A stretch of DNA of 64,000 nt, from contig CBDFFH010000055.1 of the NCBI GenBank assembly GCA_965246715.1, positions 96,001 through 160,000 on the forward strand, given 5' to 3'. Shown here one piece after another: positions 19,389-29,186 of this stretch; within the stretch, counting starts at the first letter, position 1, and every line of letters begins with the position of its first letter. A program made the translations under genes and the position numbers. The notes beneath the pieces are model-generated. The model was not told the origin of the DNA and ran no database searches. It saw nothing but the letters and a program-made list of their open reading frames with translations. This DNA comes from Chamaesiphon sp. GTDB lineage: Bacteria > Cyanobacteriota > Cyanobacteriia > Cyanobacteriales > Chamaesiphonaceae.

Positions 19389-19772
19389 TTAATCCCATTG
19401 GAGTAAGCGGCAAATTTCTATAGAAATTTGCAATGGGTCGAAGGGTTTGATAATCAGCCCGACAGCGCCGAGTTGTTGGTAGTGTAGCTGCTCGGCGCGT
19501 TGTACTTTCGCCGTGAGAAAGATCGTCGGAATCGATGCCGTTTGTGGATGTAGCTGAAGTTGTTGGATTGTCTCGATCCCACTCATCCCTGGCATCGAGA
19601 CATCTAGCAAAATTGCATCTGGTTGCTCTGCGATGGCAATTTCTATGGCTTCTGGCCCCGAGCTGGCGACGATCGCTTGCCATTTAGCTACTTTAATCAA
19701 GCACATTTTGACAACTGCCCGAATGCGTTCGTCATCGTCCACGATTAAAATTCGTTTGACTGTCATTGGCAA
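19389..19772 (-). CDS. Single-domain CheY-like response regulator (RcaF-like)
   Basis: LIVDDD, LLDVSMP, FLTA, IKPFDP. Confidence 0.93.
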   Translation of the reverse strand: MPMTVKRILIVDDDERIRAVVKMCLIKVAKWQAIVASSGPEAIEIAIAEQPDAILLDVSMPGMSGIETIQQLQLHPQTASIPTIFLTAKVQRAEQLHYQQLGAVGLIIKPFDPLQISIEICRLLQWD

Positions 19773-19873
19773 TTAGTACCGATAATTAAGGTTAAACAAG
19801 CTTACGAGCGAGCCAGTTCGAGCGATTGCCAACGGCTTACCATCCTAAGAGTGGCGATCGACTTGTGATAGAT

Positions 19874-22105
19874 TTAACATACCCCATCACCAAAACTTCC
19901 AGCGGTTGGTTGCGGTAAAGTTACAAAAAACGTACTACCTTGTCCCCACTCGCTTTCTACCCAAATCCGACCTTGATGTTGCTCGACGATCGATTTACAA
20001 ATTGCCAGCCCCAAGCCAGTACCGCCTTTATCGCGGGAATCAGAAGCATCGACTTGTTGAAAGCGATTGAAAATAGTCGCTAGTTTATCGGCGGGAATTC
20101 CGCGTCCGCGATCGACGATCGCAAAGCAGATTTGATGGTTACAGATCGTCTCACTATGGTACGGCTCATCACCCACACGGAAGTGCAGATCTTTATAGAC
20201 GAGGGGTTCCTCGATGACTTCTGCGGAGATCGAGACGATGTTGCCTGGGTGTGAAAATTTGATGGCATTGCTGAGCAGATTGGTAAATGTTTGGATCAGC
20301 CGATCTGGTGCCGCCCAGATTTTGACCGACGGACAATCCATCATGAGCGCTACTCCAGCAGATTGGGCGCTATTGTTCATGACTTCGATCGCGCGCTGGA
20401 CTAGATCCTTAGCATTACACCATTCTGGCTCTAGCGAATTTGGATCTGTCTCCAATTTATCCAGGTCGAGGATATCATTGACCATGCGCACTAGCCGTTC
20501 GGTTTCGATCGCGGCAATCTGAATCATCTGCTTCATTTGCTCTGGCTCGTCATCCATTAAACCCATTGCCAATAAACCTAACGAGCCACGCATCGAAGTC
20601 AGCGGCGTTCGTAGCTCGTGGCTGACAATGCCGATAAATTCATCTTTAAGTTTTTCCATCCGCTGCCGTTGTTCCAACTCGGCATTGAGTAATTGGAGCG
20701 TCATCTCTGTTTGTTTGCGTTGGGTTAACTCCAACTGTGATTGGGTCAGCAGATCGGCTTGTTGAATGGCAATACTGACTTGACTGGCGAGCTGCTGGAC
20801 GAGATCGATTTCGGTAGCTTGCCAGGAATGTGGCTCCGAACAGTGATGTGCGATCGTCAATCCCCACAATTCTTCGCCGATAACGATCGGTACCACCATA
20901 TTTGCCCGGACTTGTAAACTTTCGAGGAGTTGTAAGTGCCACTTATCGATACCCACAGCATAAATGTCAGATTTTACGGTCGCAAACCCTTGCTGAAAGT
21001 GTTCGAGATAATTGCTAATGCAAGTGTCCTCGATTTTCTTGCCTAGGAGCGAAATCCAGTCCCCGCCCACTGACTCCACGATCACCGTACCGCTCCAGTC
21101 AGGATCGAATTTATACACGACGACTCGATCTGTTTGGAGGAATTGGCGCACTTCATCGACAGTCGTTTGGAGGATCTCGTATAAATCCAGCGATCTCCGG
21201 ATGCGCTGGGTCAGATCCATCACCAAGCGCTGTTGCTCCAGTCGATTTTGTAACATTGCTTGGGCTTGCTGGCGCTCGTCGATATTCACAACTGTGCCGA
21301 TCGTCCGCAGTGCTTGTCCGTCCTCAGCAAAATAAGCCTCGCCACGCGTTTCGATCCAATGGATGCTCCCATCGGGCCAGATAATCCGGAATTGATGACA
21401 GAGTATTTCTCGATCTTCGATCGTTTGGATGACACAACGATGAACTGTCTCCCGATCGTCGGGATGAAGACAGCGATCGAATGTTTCGTAGCTGCCATCA
21501 AAACTCCCAACAGCCAAGCCAAATAACTCCTCATGCTCTTGGTTCCAGGCGATCTTGCCCGTGACTAAATCCCAGTCCCAAATGCCCATCTGTGCGGATG
21601 CTAAGGCTAGTCGCAACTGTTCTTCCTGCCGATGCAAAACTTTCATCTGCCGATCGTTTTGACTCTTAAGATCTTTGAGTTGCCGCAGCAGTTCCCCCTG
21701 CTTGATCGCGTTGTGGAGGGACAGGCGTAAATTTTCGGTGGTGAGTTCTGATTTGTTGAGATACTGCTGCGCGCCATATTCGATCGCTTGGGTTGCCAGT
21801 GTCTCACTTTCGTATGCTGTCATCAAGACAACTGGGAGATCGGGTTTTTTGATCTGTTGCTGCAATATTTGCAAAAATTCCAAGCCATTCATGTCTGGCA
21901 GCAGATAGTCCAGCAGAATCGCATCAGGTTGGGCGAGCCGATATTGTTTCAACCCTTCGGCACCCGTCTCAGTCTCCAGAATCGTGTAGGTATACCGATC
22001 GTCGCGATCGAGATAGCGGCGGAGCTGTTCGCGATACGTTCGCGAATCTTCAACGATTAAAATTGTTTTGGAGCGATAGGTGGCCTCGACTTTTGGTTCG
22101 CTCAT
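19874..22105 (-). CDS. Hybrid sensor histidine kinase REC-PAS-GAF(cyanobacteriochrome-like)-HisKA-HATPase
   Basis: N-terminal REC; PAS (WDWD..HPDD); GAF (DRVVVYKF..DTCI..LQVRANMVVPI..LWGL..HHC); SHELRTPL; NAIKF; GGTGLGL. Confidence 0.93.
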   Translation of the reverse strand: MSEPKVEATYRSKTILIVEDSRTYREQLRRYLDRDDRYTYTILETETGAEGLKQYRLAQPDAILLDYLLPDMNGLEFLQILQQQIKKPDLPVVLMTAYESETLATQAIEYGAQQYLNKSELTTENLRLSLHNAIKQGELLRQLKDLKSQNDRQMKVLHRQEEQLRLALASAQMGIWDWDLVTGKIAWNQEHEELFGLAVGSFDGSYETFDRCLHPDDRETVHRCVIQTIEDREILCHQFRIIWPDGSIHWIETRGEAYFAEDGQALRTIGTVVNIDERQQAQAMLQNRLEQQRLVMDLTQRIRRSLDLYEILQTTVDEVRQFLQTDRVVVYKFDPDWSGTVIVESVGGDWISLLGKKIEDTCISNYLEHFQQGFATVKSDIYAVGIDKWHLQLLESLQVRANMVVPIVIGEELWGLTIAHHCSEPHSWQATEIDLVQQLASQVSIAIQQADLLTQSQLELTQRKQTEMTLQLLNAELEQRQRMEKLKDEFIGIVSHELRTPLTSMRGSLGLLAMGLMDDEPEQMKQMIQIAAIETERLVRMVNDILDLDKLETDPNSLEPEWCNAKDLVQRAIEVMNNSAQSAGVALMMDCPSVKIWAAPDRLIQTFTNLLSNAIKFSHPGNIVSISAEVIEEPLVYKDLHFRVGDEPYHSETICNHQICFAIVDRGRGIPADKLATIFNRFQQVDASDSRDKGGTGLGLAICKSIVEQHQGRIWVESEWGQGSTFFVTLPQPTAGSFGDGVC

Positions 22106-23646
22106 AGGTCGATTGCCGACTGCTCGATCTTACTTAAATATTGTTGCCGTAGTTGTCTTGGTTCTAACTGATTGAGCACGCGAGCGATTAATTCTGGTTC
22201 TAAGATGGGCTTGTGAATATAGTCATCTCCCCCGGCGGCAAATGCTTGAAGGATGCTCGTCGGTGATGATGCGGCCGTAATAAATAAAATTGGCAAATTA
22301 CCCCAGTGCGGGTCATTGCGGACGGCTTGACACAGTTCGATCCCACTACACTCTGGCATTTCGATATCTAAAATTAGTAAATCGGGAGTCGTCTGTTTTA
22401 ATTGTTCCCAAAAATTACCCCGATCGATTACAGGGATTACCTGCAATCCCCACGGCGATAGTACTACATCCAATCGATACAAGATCGCCGGATCGTCATC
22501 GATCGCCAGAATCTTCGCGCTTAAAGGAGGTAATAACGAGCCAGGCGAGCGCGATCCATCGCTGGTAGTTAGCTCTTCAACTCGGACGGTAGCTTGGTTA
22601 CCAAAGACGGGTTCGCGAGTGATTTCTTGTTGTAGCTCGGTTACTAATCGGGCCATCCGGTACAAATCTGTAGCTGTTAATTCCAGCTTGAGATTTAATA
22701 AATCTTCAATCTGGCGGGCTAGTACCGAACCATGCGGAAATCCATATACACCTAACGAGCCGACTAATTTATGTGCCACTTGCCTGGCGGCAGCTACTGC
22801 GGCAGCATCGATCGCACCGTCACTCGCCGTCCGAGCAGTAGCAGCGAGCAGATCGATCTGTTCGGTAAAAGAATCTCGAAACTGCATCCATAGATCCAGC
22901 ATGATGCTATCGCCTACTTCAGTTTCAGACTCAGTGGCAGTGGCATTCTCGGCTGTGCTAGTGAAGATCTCCAATCGCCGCAGCCGATAACCAAACCCGT
23001 AGACCGTCTCGATCGGATCTTCTGTCGCTCCCGCCGCTTTTAACTTCTGCCGGATCGATTTGATATGACTGTTGATGACACTTTCTGTCGGTGCTGTCTC
23101 TAGTTCCCACAGTCTACCGAGCAGTGCCGAACGACTAAAAATCCGCTGGGGGTTCGACAAGAGTAACTCCAAAATACCGTATTCTTTGGGGGTTAAGTGC
23201 AAAACGCGATCGGCATAACAGACTTCGGCGTTCTCATAATTAAGTTGTAACCCTTCCCAAGTGATGATTCCCTTGGTCGGGATAGTTCTTCCCCGTCGCA
23301 GGAGCGCTCGAATCCTCGCGCATAGTTCTGAGATATTAACTGGCTTGACTGCATAGTCATCGGCACCAGCATCCAAACCGACAATTCGATCGGCGAGCGC
23401 CTCCTTGGCAGTTAATAATAAAATCGGGGTCTCACATCCCTCCAGGCGCAGTTGTCTGCACAGACTAATCCCATCTAATTCGGGGAGATCGATATCCAAC
23501 ACGATCGTATCGTAGGTAAATTCTATGGCTAAATCTAACGCCGATCGACCGTCGCCAGTCACCTCAACCTGATAATGCCGAGCGGTCAATACACCCGCTA
23601 GCATCCTCTGAGTTGCGAGATCGTCTTCTACCAATAAAATTTTCAT
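22102..23646 (-). CDS. Multi-domain response regulator REC-OmpR wHTH-Hpt-REC (RcaC-like)
   Basis: MKILLVEDD start at ATG 23646; LTPKEY..IETVYGFGYRL; AHKLVGSLGVYG Hpt; C-terminal REC; 4-nt overlap with the kinase gene. Confidence 0.92.
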   Translation of the reverse strand: MKILLVEDDLATQRMLAGVLTARHYQVEVTGDGRSALDLAIEFTYDTIVLDIDLPELDGISLCRQLRLEGCETPILLLTAKEALADRIVGLDAGADDYAVKPVNISELCARIRALLRRGRTIPTKGIITWEGLQLNYENAEVCYADRVLHLTPKEYGILELLLSNPQRIFSRSALLGRLWELETAPTESVINSHIKSIRQKLKAAGATEDPIETVYGFGYRLRRLEIFTSTAENATATESETEVGDSIMLDLWMQFRDSFTEQIDLLAATARTASDGAIDAAAVAAARQVAHKLVGSLGVYGFPHGSVLARQIEDLLNLKLELTATDLYRMARLVTELQQEITREPVFGNQATVRVEELTTSDGSRSPGSLLPPLSAKILAIDDDPAILYRLDVVLSPWGLQVIPVIDRGNFWEQLKQTTPDLLILDIEMPECSGIELCQAVRNDPHWGNLPILFITAASSPTSILQAFAAGGDDYIHKPILEPELIARVLNQLEPRQLRQQYLSKIEQSAIDL

Positions 23647-23773
23647 CACACCCAGCTGGAAAATTCTCACTATAATCCAAGGCGCGACGATCGTGTTGGG
23701 TTTTCAATCTTCGGTTGAGTATCAATAAAACCATCGCCAATAGCTAGACTTGTGTCAAACCACATAAACAGCG

Positions 23774-23806
23774 AAAGGAACGAAAATCGATCGATTCTCG
23801 TTCCTC
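23774..23806 (-). terminator. Hairpin downstream of the GNAT gene
   Basis: aggaacgaaaatcgatcgattctcgttcct inverted repeat. Confidence 0.55.
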
Positions 23807-23875
23807 AATGTGCGATCGAAAATCTGGTGCTTCAATGCCAGCGCGATATTTAATGTGGGATCTTCTGATTCGTCC

Positions 23876-25072
23876 CTAATTCTTGGGTACGTTCTTTTCT
23901 GTAAATCTCAGCAGATCTTCTGGGTCGTTTTTATCGATCCGGTTGGGGAGAGGTTGGCGGGAAGGTTGGAGACTTTGGAGCATCTCGGCAATTTGGAGAT
24001 TTTCCAAGGATAAATGTTTGGCTTCGCGGAGTTTGTGCCAGACCGATCTAGACATCAATAAGCTATGCTTGACTCGCTGAGCGCCGATCTGTTGGAAATA
24101 TTCTTCCCGTTCGGGTTGATAGTCGGCAGATACTAACTGTAACGGCAGCTGTGGGAGATCCTGGCACGATCTTGCCAGTTGCGCCATCAGCTCGGGGTAG
24201 AGCCAAGTATAAGCTGGATGAACTGTCAGCTCGGCTTTGTGAGGGCTATGATTGGCAGTTTCAGTTGATCGAGCATCATAATTTAACGATAGTCGGTAAT
24301 AACCGATTGCGGCTTTGCGTTGAGTTTCAAAGACATAGTTACTGACAGATTGCGTTTGTTGCAGTAACGATCGGACTTTGCCGACTAAAGTTTGAAAGAA
24401 GTTGGTTTTGAAGTCGTGGATTTGCCGATCGAATACTTGTCGCAATAACGGCGGCATGGAGACTGTATCTAATTGATAGATCAGTTGAGCATCCATGTTT
24501 CTGACGGGGAGTAAATTGGGCAGATCTGGTTCTCGCTGTGCCAACTCTTTGAGGAGTTCGGGGGCGATTTCCCAATAAGTCATATGAGCGAGGGGTTGAA
24601 ACCCATTTTGACGATAGAGCGCTAGCGTGTCGCGATCGTTGACATCTACTTCTAGCACCCAAGTGCTGGCTTCGACGATATGCTCGAAACAATAACGTAA
24701 CAATTGCGAGCCGATCTCATTTTTCCCCGTCACTTGTTCTGGGGTAGTAGCTTGACTATCGATCGAAACCCATTCTACATGCCAAGTACTGCGGGTACGA
24801 TTGAATGGCGATACGCCAATGGCCCCACGTACTTGCTGGTCGTATTCAGCGACTAGGAGCGAGCGATCGGAGAGATTGGGCGTGGGAATAATATTTAGAA
24901 ATTGAAACGGTGCGTACCACCGGGTCATTTGCTTGAGTAACTGCTCGATCCGCTCTTGGACGGCAGGATCGGCAATTGTTGTTTGTTGACATAAGGTAGC
25001 GATCGCGTCAATATCTCGATATTGCAGCGGACGAACGATCGTTTGAGATTTAGATCTATTATTCGCAGCCAT
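23876..25072 (-). CDS. Cyanobacterial conserved GNAT-family N-acetyltransferase
   Basis: IGSQLLRYCFE, ALYRQNGFQPLA, LTVHPAYTWLYPEL, LMSRSVWHKLRE. Confidence 0.88.
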   Translation of the reverse strand: MAANNRSKSQTIVRPLQYRDIDAIATLCQQTTIADPAVQERIEQLLKQMTRWYAPFQFLNIIPTPNLSDRSLLVAEYDQQVRGAIGVSPFNRTRSTWHVEWVSIDSQATTPEQVTGKNEIGSQLLRYCFEHIVEASTWVLEVDVNDRDTLALYRQNGFQPLAHMTYWEIAPELLKELAQREPDLPNLLPVRNMDAQLIYQLDTVSMPPLLRQVFDRQIHDFKTNFFQTLVGKVRSLLQQTQSVSNYVFETQRKAAIGYYRLSLNYDARSTETANHSPHKAELTVHPAYTWLYPELMAQLARSCQDLPQLPLQLVSADYQPEREEYFQQIGAQRVKHSLLMSRSVWHKLREAKHLSLENLQIAEMLQSLQPSRQPLPNRIDKNDPEDLLRFTEKNVPKN

Positions 25073-25184
25073 TGTATATCCCTTGTCAACCTAGAGGTTA
25101 TTATTACTATAACATCTCCAACTAGCTCGATCGGTAAATAAGTGCGGATGTGAGAATTTTTCGATGCGTAGCCAGCTGTGAGTG

Positions 25185-25220
25185 CAGGTTTTCCCCTTTG
25201 CAGGGAGTGTGAGCGAGCAA
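25185..25220 (-). repeat. Conserved 3'-UTR motif copy A (CTCACAC plus GCAA-tetraloop hairpin); candidate structured RNA
   Basis: 29/36 identical to 26811-26846, with two compensatory stem pairs. Confidence 0.7.
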
Positions 25221-25260
25221 AGTTGGGAATGCTAGGTTCTAACGGATAGAATCGCAATGG

Positions 25261-26706
25261 TTATTTTTTGGAGAGAACAGCGTTGATGCCGTTAATTGCG
25301 GTTGTCAAACCTTCTCCAGCTTTAGCTTTGTCAGGCGTTGGTGCTGACATTGCAGTTTTGACCATTTCGATGCCACTAACGATCGCGGGATAGCTAGCTC
25401 CAGCTTTAGCCTTAACGATCGGCTCGACAGTAGTCCACAAAGAGCTAACTTTAGCAAATTGAGTTTTTGCCTTAGCTACGTCTCCACCTTTGATGGCGGT
25501 ATTTGCCATGACTAAGGCAGTTTTAACCGGAGTCAATTGGGTTTTTTCGGCTGCGGAGAGAGATTTATCAGATCCACCACCAAAAGTGGTAGTAGATGCA
25601 GTTTCATAAGTAGCTAAAGGCTGGACATTGACAGGTGATGTACTAGTATCTGGCAATGACAAGTTCCTACCATATTGAATGATTGCTAAAATTAAGGCTC
25701 CTACTACCCCGCTTCCCAGCCACCACTTAAGAGGATATTGTCGATTTAACTGTGTTGGCGAGGATTTTACCGAGCTTTTGTTAGATAACTTGGTAGTTTT
25801 GGCTGTTTGTGCAGATCTAACATTTCCAGTGTTTAGCTTAAAAGTTGGCTGTTGAACTTTGGGTGCGGTATTTACAGAGATTAGTGACTCGATCGCATTG
25901 AGAGTCTCAGTTGCATTAGTATACCGTTGGCGAGAATCCGGCTCTATCATTTTCTCCAGCACATCAGCAACTCCCCGATTTACTTGACACAAATGCTGCC
26001 ATTTCAGCTTGAGACTATCTTCATCGAACAACGGATAAGGATGAGATCCCGTTAAACACTGAATCGCGATCGCGCCGACAGCGTAAATATCGCTGGCAGG
26101 TTTAGGAAAACCCATTCCCTGTTCGTTGGGCATATATCCTGGCGTACCAATGCCAATGGTTTGACTGATGACTGTTATCGGCGTTGTCGCACTCGCAGCA
26201 CGGACTTGCTTTACCGCTCCAAAATCGATGAGGACTAACTTGCGATCGCTCTTGCGCCTAATAATATTATCCGGTTTGAGATCTCGGTGGATGACACCTC
26301 GACCGTAACAGTGAATAGCATTCAATCCGGTGAGAATTTCTTGGATGATGCTCAGAGTTGCCGATACAGAGAGTTTGTTCCCTCCCAACTCTTCCGTCAG
26401 AACAGTTCCATCGATAAATTCTTGTACCAGATAAAATTCTTTATCCAACTCGAAGTAGGCATACAGAGAAGGAATACGATCGTTATCTTTGCCCAACTTT
26501 TCGAGGATTTCGGCCTCTTGCTTAAACAGGCGTTGGGCAATTTGTAGTGTTGCGGGATCGTTACTTAATGGTTTAAGAAGCTTGACTACTACCTGTGGCT
26601 GGCTGGGTAAATGGGTATCTGTAGCGATAAAGGTCTGCCCAAATCCACCTGCGGCTAGTTCTTTCTCAATGCGATAGCGTTGATTCAATAAGTGCCCAAG
26701 CTGCAT
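25261..26706 (-). CDS. Hanks-type Ser/Thr protein kinase with TM helix and C-terminal helical extracytoplasmic domain
   Basis: LAAGGFG, VVVK, HRDLKPDN, DFG, GTPGY, SDIYAVG; TM WWLGSGVVGALILAII; C-terminus paralogous to the adjacent lipoprotein. Confidence 0.95.
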   Translation of the reverse strand: MQLGHLLNQRYRIEKELAAGGFGQTFIATDTHLPSQPQVVVKLLKPLSNDPATLQIAQRLFKQEAEILEKLGKDNDRIPSLYAYFELDKEFYLVQEFIDGTVLTEELGGNKLSVSATLSIIQEILTGLNAIHCYGRGVIHRDLKPDNIIRRKSDRKLVLIDFGAVKQVRAASATTPITVISQTIGIGTPGYMPNEQGMGFPKPASDIYAVGAIAIQCLTGSHPYPLFDEDSLKLKWQHLCQVNRGVADVLEKMIEPDSRQRYTNATETLNAIESLISVNTAPKVQQPTFKLNTGNVRSAQTAKTTKLSNKSSVKSSPTQLNRQYPLKWWLGSGVVGALILAIIQYGRNLSLPDTSTSPVNVQPLATYETASTTTFGGGSDKSLSAAEKTQLTPVKTALVMANTAIKGGDVAKAKTQFAKVSSLWTTVEPIVKAKAGASYPAIVSGIEMVKTAMSAPTPDKAKAGEGLTTAINGINAVLSKK

Positions 26707-26810
26707 AGTTTAGTGAGGATCTGGATTGAAAGTAGTATAAGCTTGAAATTATCATAATTTTAATCAACTGCTCGTATCATTTCAAAACTACCTTTCATTT
26801 GCATGGTTTT

Positions 26811-26846
26811 CAGGTTTTCCCACTTGCGTGGAGTGTGAGGAGGCAA
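26811..26846 (-). repeat. Conserved 3'-UTR motif copy B (CTCCTCACAC plus GCAA-tetraloop hairpin); candidate structured RNA
   Basis: TTGCCTCCTCACACTCCACGCAAGTGGGAAAACCTG on the minus strand. Confidence 0.7.
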
Positions 26847-26895
26847 GCGTGAGAACTATCAAAACTAACGCTTAAGAGTTAGGAATTTTAAGATC

Positions 26896-27399
26896 CTATT
26901 TTAAGATTTTGTTCATACCAGCGATTGCGGCAGTCAAGCCTTCCTTCGCCTTATCTTGGTCAGGAGTAGCAGCACCCATCGCTGTTTTAACCATTTCGAT
27001 GCCACTCGCGATCGCGGGATAGCTAGCACCAGCTTTAGATTTAACTATTGGTTGCACGGTCGGCCACAAAGTGCTAACTTTAGCAAATTGAGTTTTCGCC
27101 TTAGCTACTTCGCCACGGTTAATTGCAGTACTGGCCATTACTAGTGCAGCTTTGACTGGTGTCAATTGGGCTTTTTCGGGAGCAGAGAGTGGTTTGTCAG
27201 ATCCACCAGCAGCTGGAGCGGTCGATGCGCTAGTTGCTGGAGCGGTCGATGCACCAGTTGTGGGAGTGGTAGTCTCAGTTTTAGTAGTCTCAGTGGTAGT
27301 TTCAGCTTTGTCTTTCTTACCGCAACTAGAGATAGTTAAGGCAGTAGTCAGACACAATGCCGTTACTAAGCTGGCAGTTTTGAGCGTAGTTAATTTCAT
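26896..27399 (-). CDS. Lipoprotein with Thr/Ala-rich linker and helical-bundle domain
   Basis: Signal peptide ending LTISS-C; low-complexity T/A/P linker; ~100-aa domain shared with the kinase. Confidence 0.85.
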   Translation of the reverse strand: MKLTTLKTASLVTALCLTTALTISSCGKKDKAETTTETTKTETTTPTTGASTAPATSASTAPAAGGSDKPLSAPEKAQLTPVKAALVMASTAINRGEVAKAKTQFAKVSTLWPTVQPIVKSKAGASYPAIASGIEMVKTAMGAATPDQDKAKEGLTAAIAGMNKILK

Positions 27400-27621
27400 A
27401 GGTATGTAGACGTTTGATTGGACTTATAGTTAACACTATTCTTTACATGATAGCGTGGAAGTAGTGGGTAGTAGCTAGTGACGATCGGTTGTAGGCGTTC
27501 CGCTCGTAAAAAACGTAACAAGATCGGGGATAGTGAATGTTGACTGGTAGAAAATTAATGTAAATTTTCTCTAGCTGCTAACCCCTCACACAGGCGCTTG
27601 CGCCCCTGTTTACCGAATATT

Positions 27622-29013
27622 ATGGATCGACCACAAACTTGGAGCGATCGCTTTGAAGGTACCCTCCATCCAGCGATCGCCAAATTTAATGCTAGTATCG
27701 GTTTCGATATCGAACTCATCGAGTATGACATTTCCGGATCGGTAGCTCATGCGCGAATGCTGGCGCGTGCAGGCATTATTAGCGCCCCAGAGGGCGATAG
27801 TCTAGTCGCTGGGTTAGAACAAATCCGTCAGGAATATCGATCGGGTAATTTTCAGCCTGGTGTCGATGCTGAGGATATTCACTTTGCTGTCGAACGGCGC
27901 TTGACGGAAATTGTCGGCGATGTCGGTAAAAAGATCCACACCGCTCGTTCGCGCAACGATCAAGTCGGTACTGATACTAGATTGTACCTGCGCGATCGCA
28001 TTCATCAGATCCAAGCGCAATTAGGTGATTTTCAGCAAGTTTTAGTTACCCTAGCCGCAGCAAATGTGGATACGCTGATTCCTGGCTATACGCACCTCCA
28101 GCGCGCGCAACCGCTAAGTTTGGCTCACCACCTCCTCGCCTATTTTGAGATGGCTCAGCGGGACTGGGAGCGCCTGAGCGATGTCTATAAACGGACGAAT
28201 ATCTCACCGTTGGGTTGCGGTGCGCTAGCGGGAACGACATTTCCGATCGATCGCGCGTATTCGGCAGAGTTACTAGGGTTCGATAAGATCTATGCCAATA
28301 GTCTCGATGGTGTGAGCGATCGCGATTTTGCGATCGAGTTTCTGGGCGCAGCGAGTCTGACGATGGTGCATCTGAGTCGCTTGGCGGAAGAGGTGATTAT
28401 TTGGGCATCGGAGGAGTTTCGATTTGTCAGCTTGACCGATCGGTGTGCGACGGGTTCGAGTATCATGCCCCAAAAGAAAAATCCTGATGTCCCCGAATTG
28501 GTGCGTGGTAAAACCGGACGCGTCTTCGGGCATCTCCAAGCGATGCTGGTACTGATGAAGGGTTTACCCTTAGCCTACAACAAGGATTTGCAGGAAGATA
28601 AAGAAGCTTTATTCGATGCTGTCAATACAGTCCAAGCTTGTCTCGAAGCGATGACGATCTTGATGAGTGAAGGGATTGAATTTCGGCCAGCACGGTTGGC
28701 TGAAGCGGTCGCGTCAGATTTTGCCAATGCCACTGACGTAGCGGATTATCTCGCAACTAAAGGCGTACCCTTCCGCGAGGCATACAATCTAGTTGGTAAA
28801 GTAGTCAAAACCTGCTTGAGTCAACATAAACTCCTCAAGGATCTCAGCCTGGCAGAGTGGCAAGCACTACATCCAGCATTTGCCGAGGATATCTATGCAG
28901 CGATCGATCCCAGACAGGTAGTAGCAGCGCGCAATAGTGCGGGGGGGACTGGATTCGATCGCGTCCAGCAGGCACTCGATGTCGCTCGGCAGATCCTGCG
29001 CGAACGCGGGTGA
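27622..29013 (+). CDS. argH: Argininosuccinate lyase
   Basis: [45 protein letters not shown] 27622. Confidence 0.97.
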   Translation: MDRPQTWSDRFEGTLHPAIAKFNASIGFDIELIEYDISGSVAHARMLARAGIISAPEGDSLVAGLEQIRQEYRSGNFQPGVDAEDIHFAVERRLTEIVGDVGKKIHTARSRNDQVGTDTRLYLRDRIHQIQAQLGDFQQVLVTLAAANVDTLIPGYTHLQRAQPLSLAHHLLAYFEMAQRDWERLSDVYKRTNISPLGCGALAGTTFPIDRAYSAELLGFDKIYANSLDGVSDRDFAIEFLGAASLTMVHLSRLAEEVIIWASEEFRFVSLTDRCATGSSIMPQKKNPDVPELVRGKTGRVFGHLQAMLVLMKGLPLAYNKDLQEDKEALFDAVNTVQACLEAMTILMSEGIEFRPARLAEAVASDFANATDVADYLATKGVPFREAYNLVGKVVKTCLSQHKLLKDLSLAEWQALHPAFAEDIYAAIDPRQVVAARNSAGGTGFDRVQQALDVARQILRERG

Positions 29014-29186
29014 ATTTAGCTTGGAGGCTAGTAGCCAACGGTGGTGGGGATCTGGACTCATCACCTCGCAGCGCGAGTGGGTTGTCACAAGAAGAGCTGG
29101 TTGCTAATCTCAACCCCCGCCGCTCGAATGGTAGCAGACATACATCTGCCACGAATCCGAACCGATTGTCGCTAGCTGTGGACGGT

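Noticed and set aside
25185..25220. Duplicated GCAA hairpin motif as a c-di-GMP-I or c-di-AMP riboswitch, or as a simple terminator
   Set aside because: Lacks the conserved second stem and linker nucleotides of those aptamers and lacks a U-tail on the coding strand; kept as an unassigned motif instead.
27506..27519. Possible NtcA site upstream of argH (GTA-N8-AAC)
   Set aside because: Mismatch in the TAC half-site and no well-placed TAN3T.
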